From the NCBI RefSeq assembly GCF_947568905.1, contig NC_079171.1, forward strand, positions 63,860,001-63,924,000: a stretch of 64,000 nt of DNA, in the 5' to 3' direction. The position numbers were made by a program, and so were the translations under genes. This document shows positions 63,858 to 64,000 of the stretch, piece after piece (the stretch's first letter is position 1; each line of letters opens with the position of its first letter). This stretch comes from Ostrea edulis (taxonomy: Eukaryota). The notes under the pieces were generated by a model. It was not told the DNA's origin and did not search any database. It saw only the letters and a list, made by a program, of their open reading frames with translations.

Positions 63858-64000
63858 ATACAGTTGATTTTCGGTTTCTCGAACACCGATATCTCGAATA
63901 CCATGGGTATGTCGAAGTAAGTCGAAAGTCACAAACACTTATTCTTTCCCCCTCGATATCTCAAATCTTCGGATATTTCTAAGTTTTTTCTTGATCCATC
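63858..64000. mobile_element. Probable Tc1/mariner MITE end in the WDR61 intron
   Basis: TA|CAGTTGATTTTCGGTTTCTCGAACACCGATATCTCGAA-type terminus with sub-terminal tcga repeats; the other end is outside the window. Confidence 0.45.

Noticed and set aside
1-64000. Prokaryotic, viral or horizontally transferred gene cluster
   Set aside because: No operon-like ORF density or RBS pattern; all long ORFs resolve into spliced eukaryotic genes, transposon remnants or repeats.

Overview
AT-rich eukaryotic genomic DNA from a gapped assembly (three N gaps). The repeat content (Penelope-like elements, tRNA SINEs, Helentron-type satellite remnants) suggests an oyster-like bivalve; the taxon is inferred, not searched. 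There is no prokaryotic system, rRNA, functional tRNA or CRISPR array. Most of the window is transposon debris and tandem repeats. I can build three spliced genes by hand. (1) A + strand 3-exon gene (35665-41416, 1096 aa) for a secreted protein with a Tyr/Arg-rich N-terminus, Gly-rich repeats and three 8-Cys modules. (2) A convergent - strand 3-exon gene (57878-46267, 1746 aa) whose signal-peptide exon and 43-nt micro-exon are missing from the ORF track; it has one 8-Cys module with the same spacing as the last module of gene 1 and an Asn/Gly/Trp-repeat tail. (3) The last coding exon of WDR61/SKI8 (63784-63692, -). The most interesting signals are the tail-to-tail pair of low-complexity secreted proteins sharing a Cys module (candidate shell-matrix or adhesive locus), four minimal type I hammerhead ribozyme motifs (two with an intact core), and a Penelope-like 3' end that repeatedly seeds different minisatellites and is strongly strand-biased.
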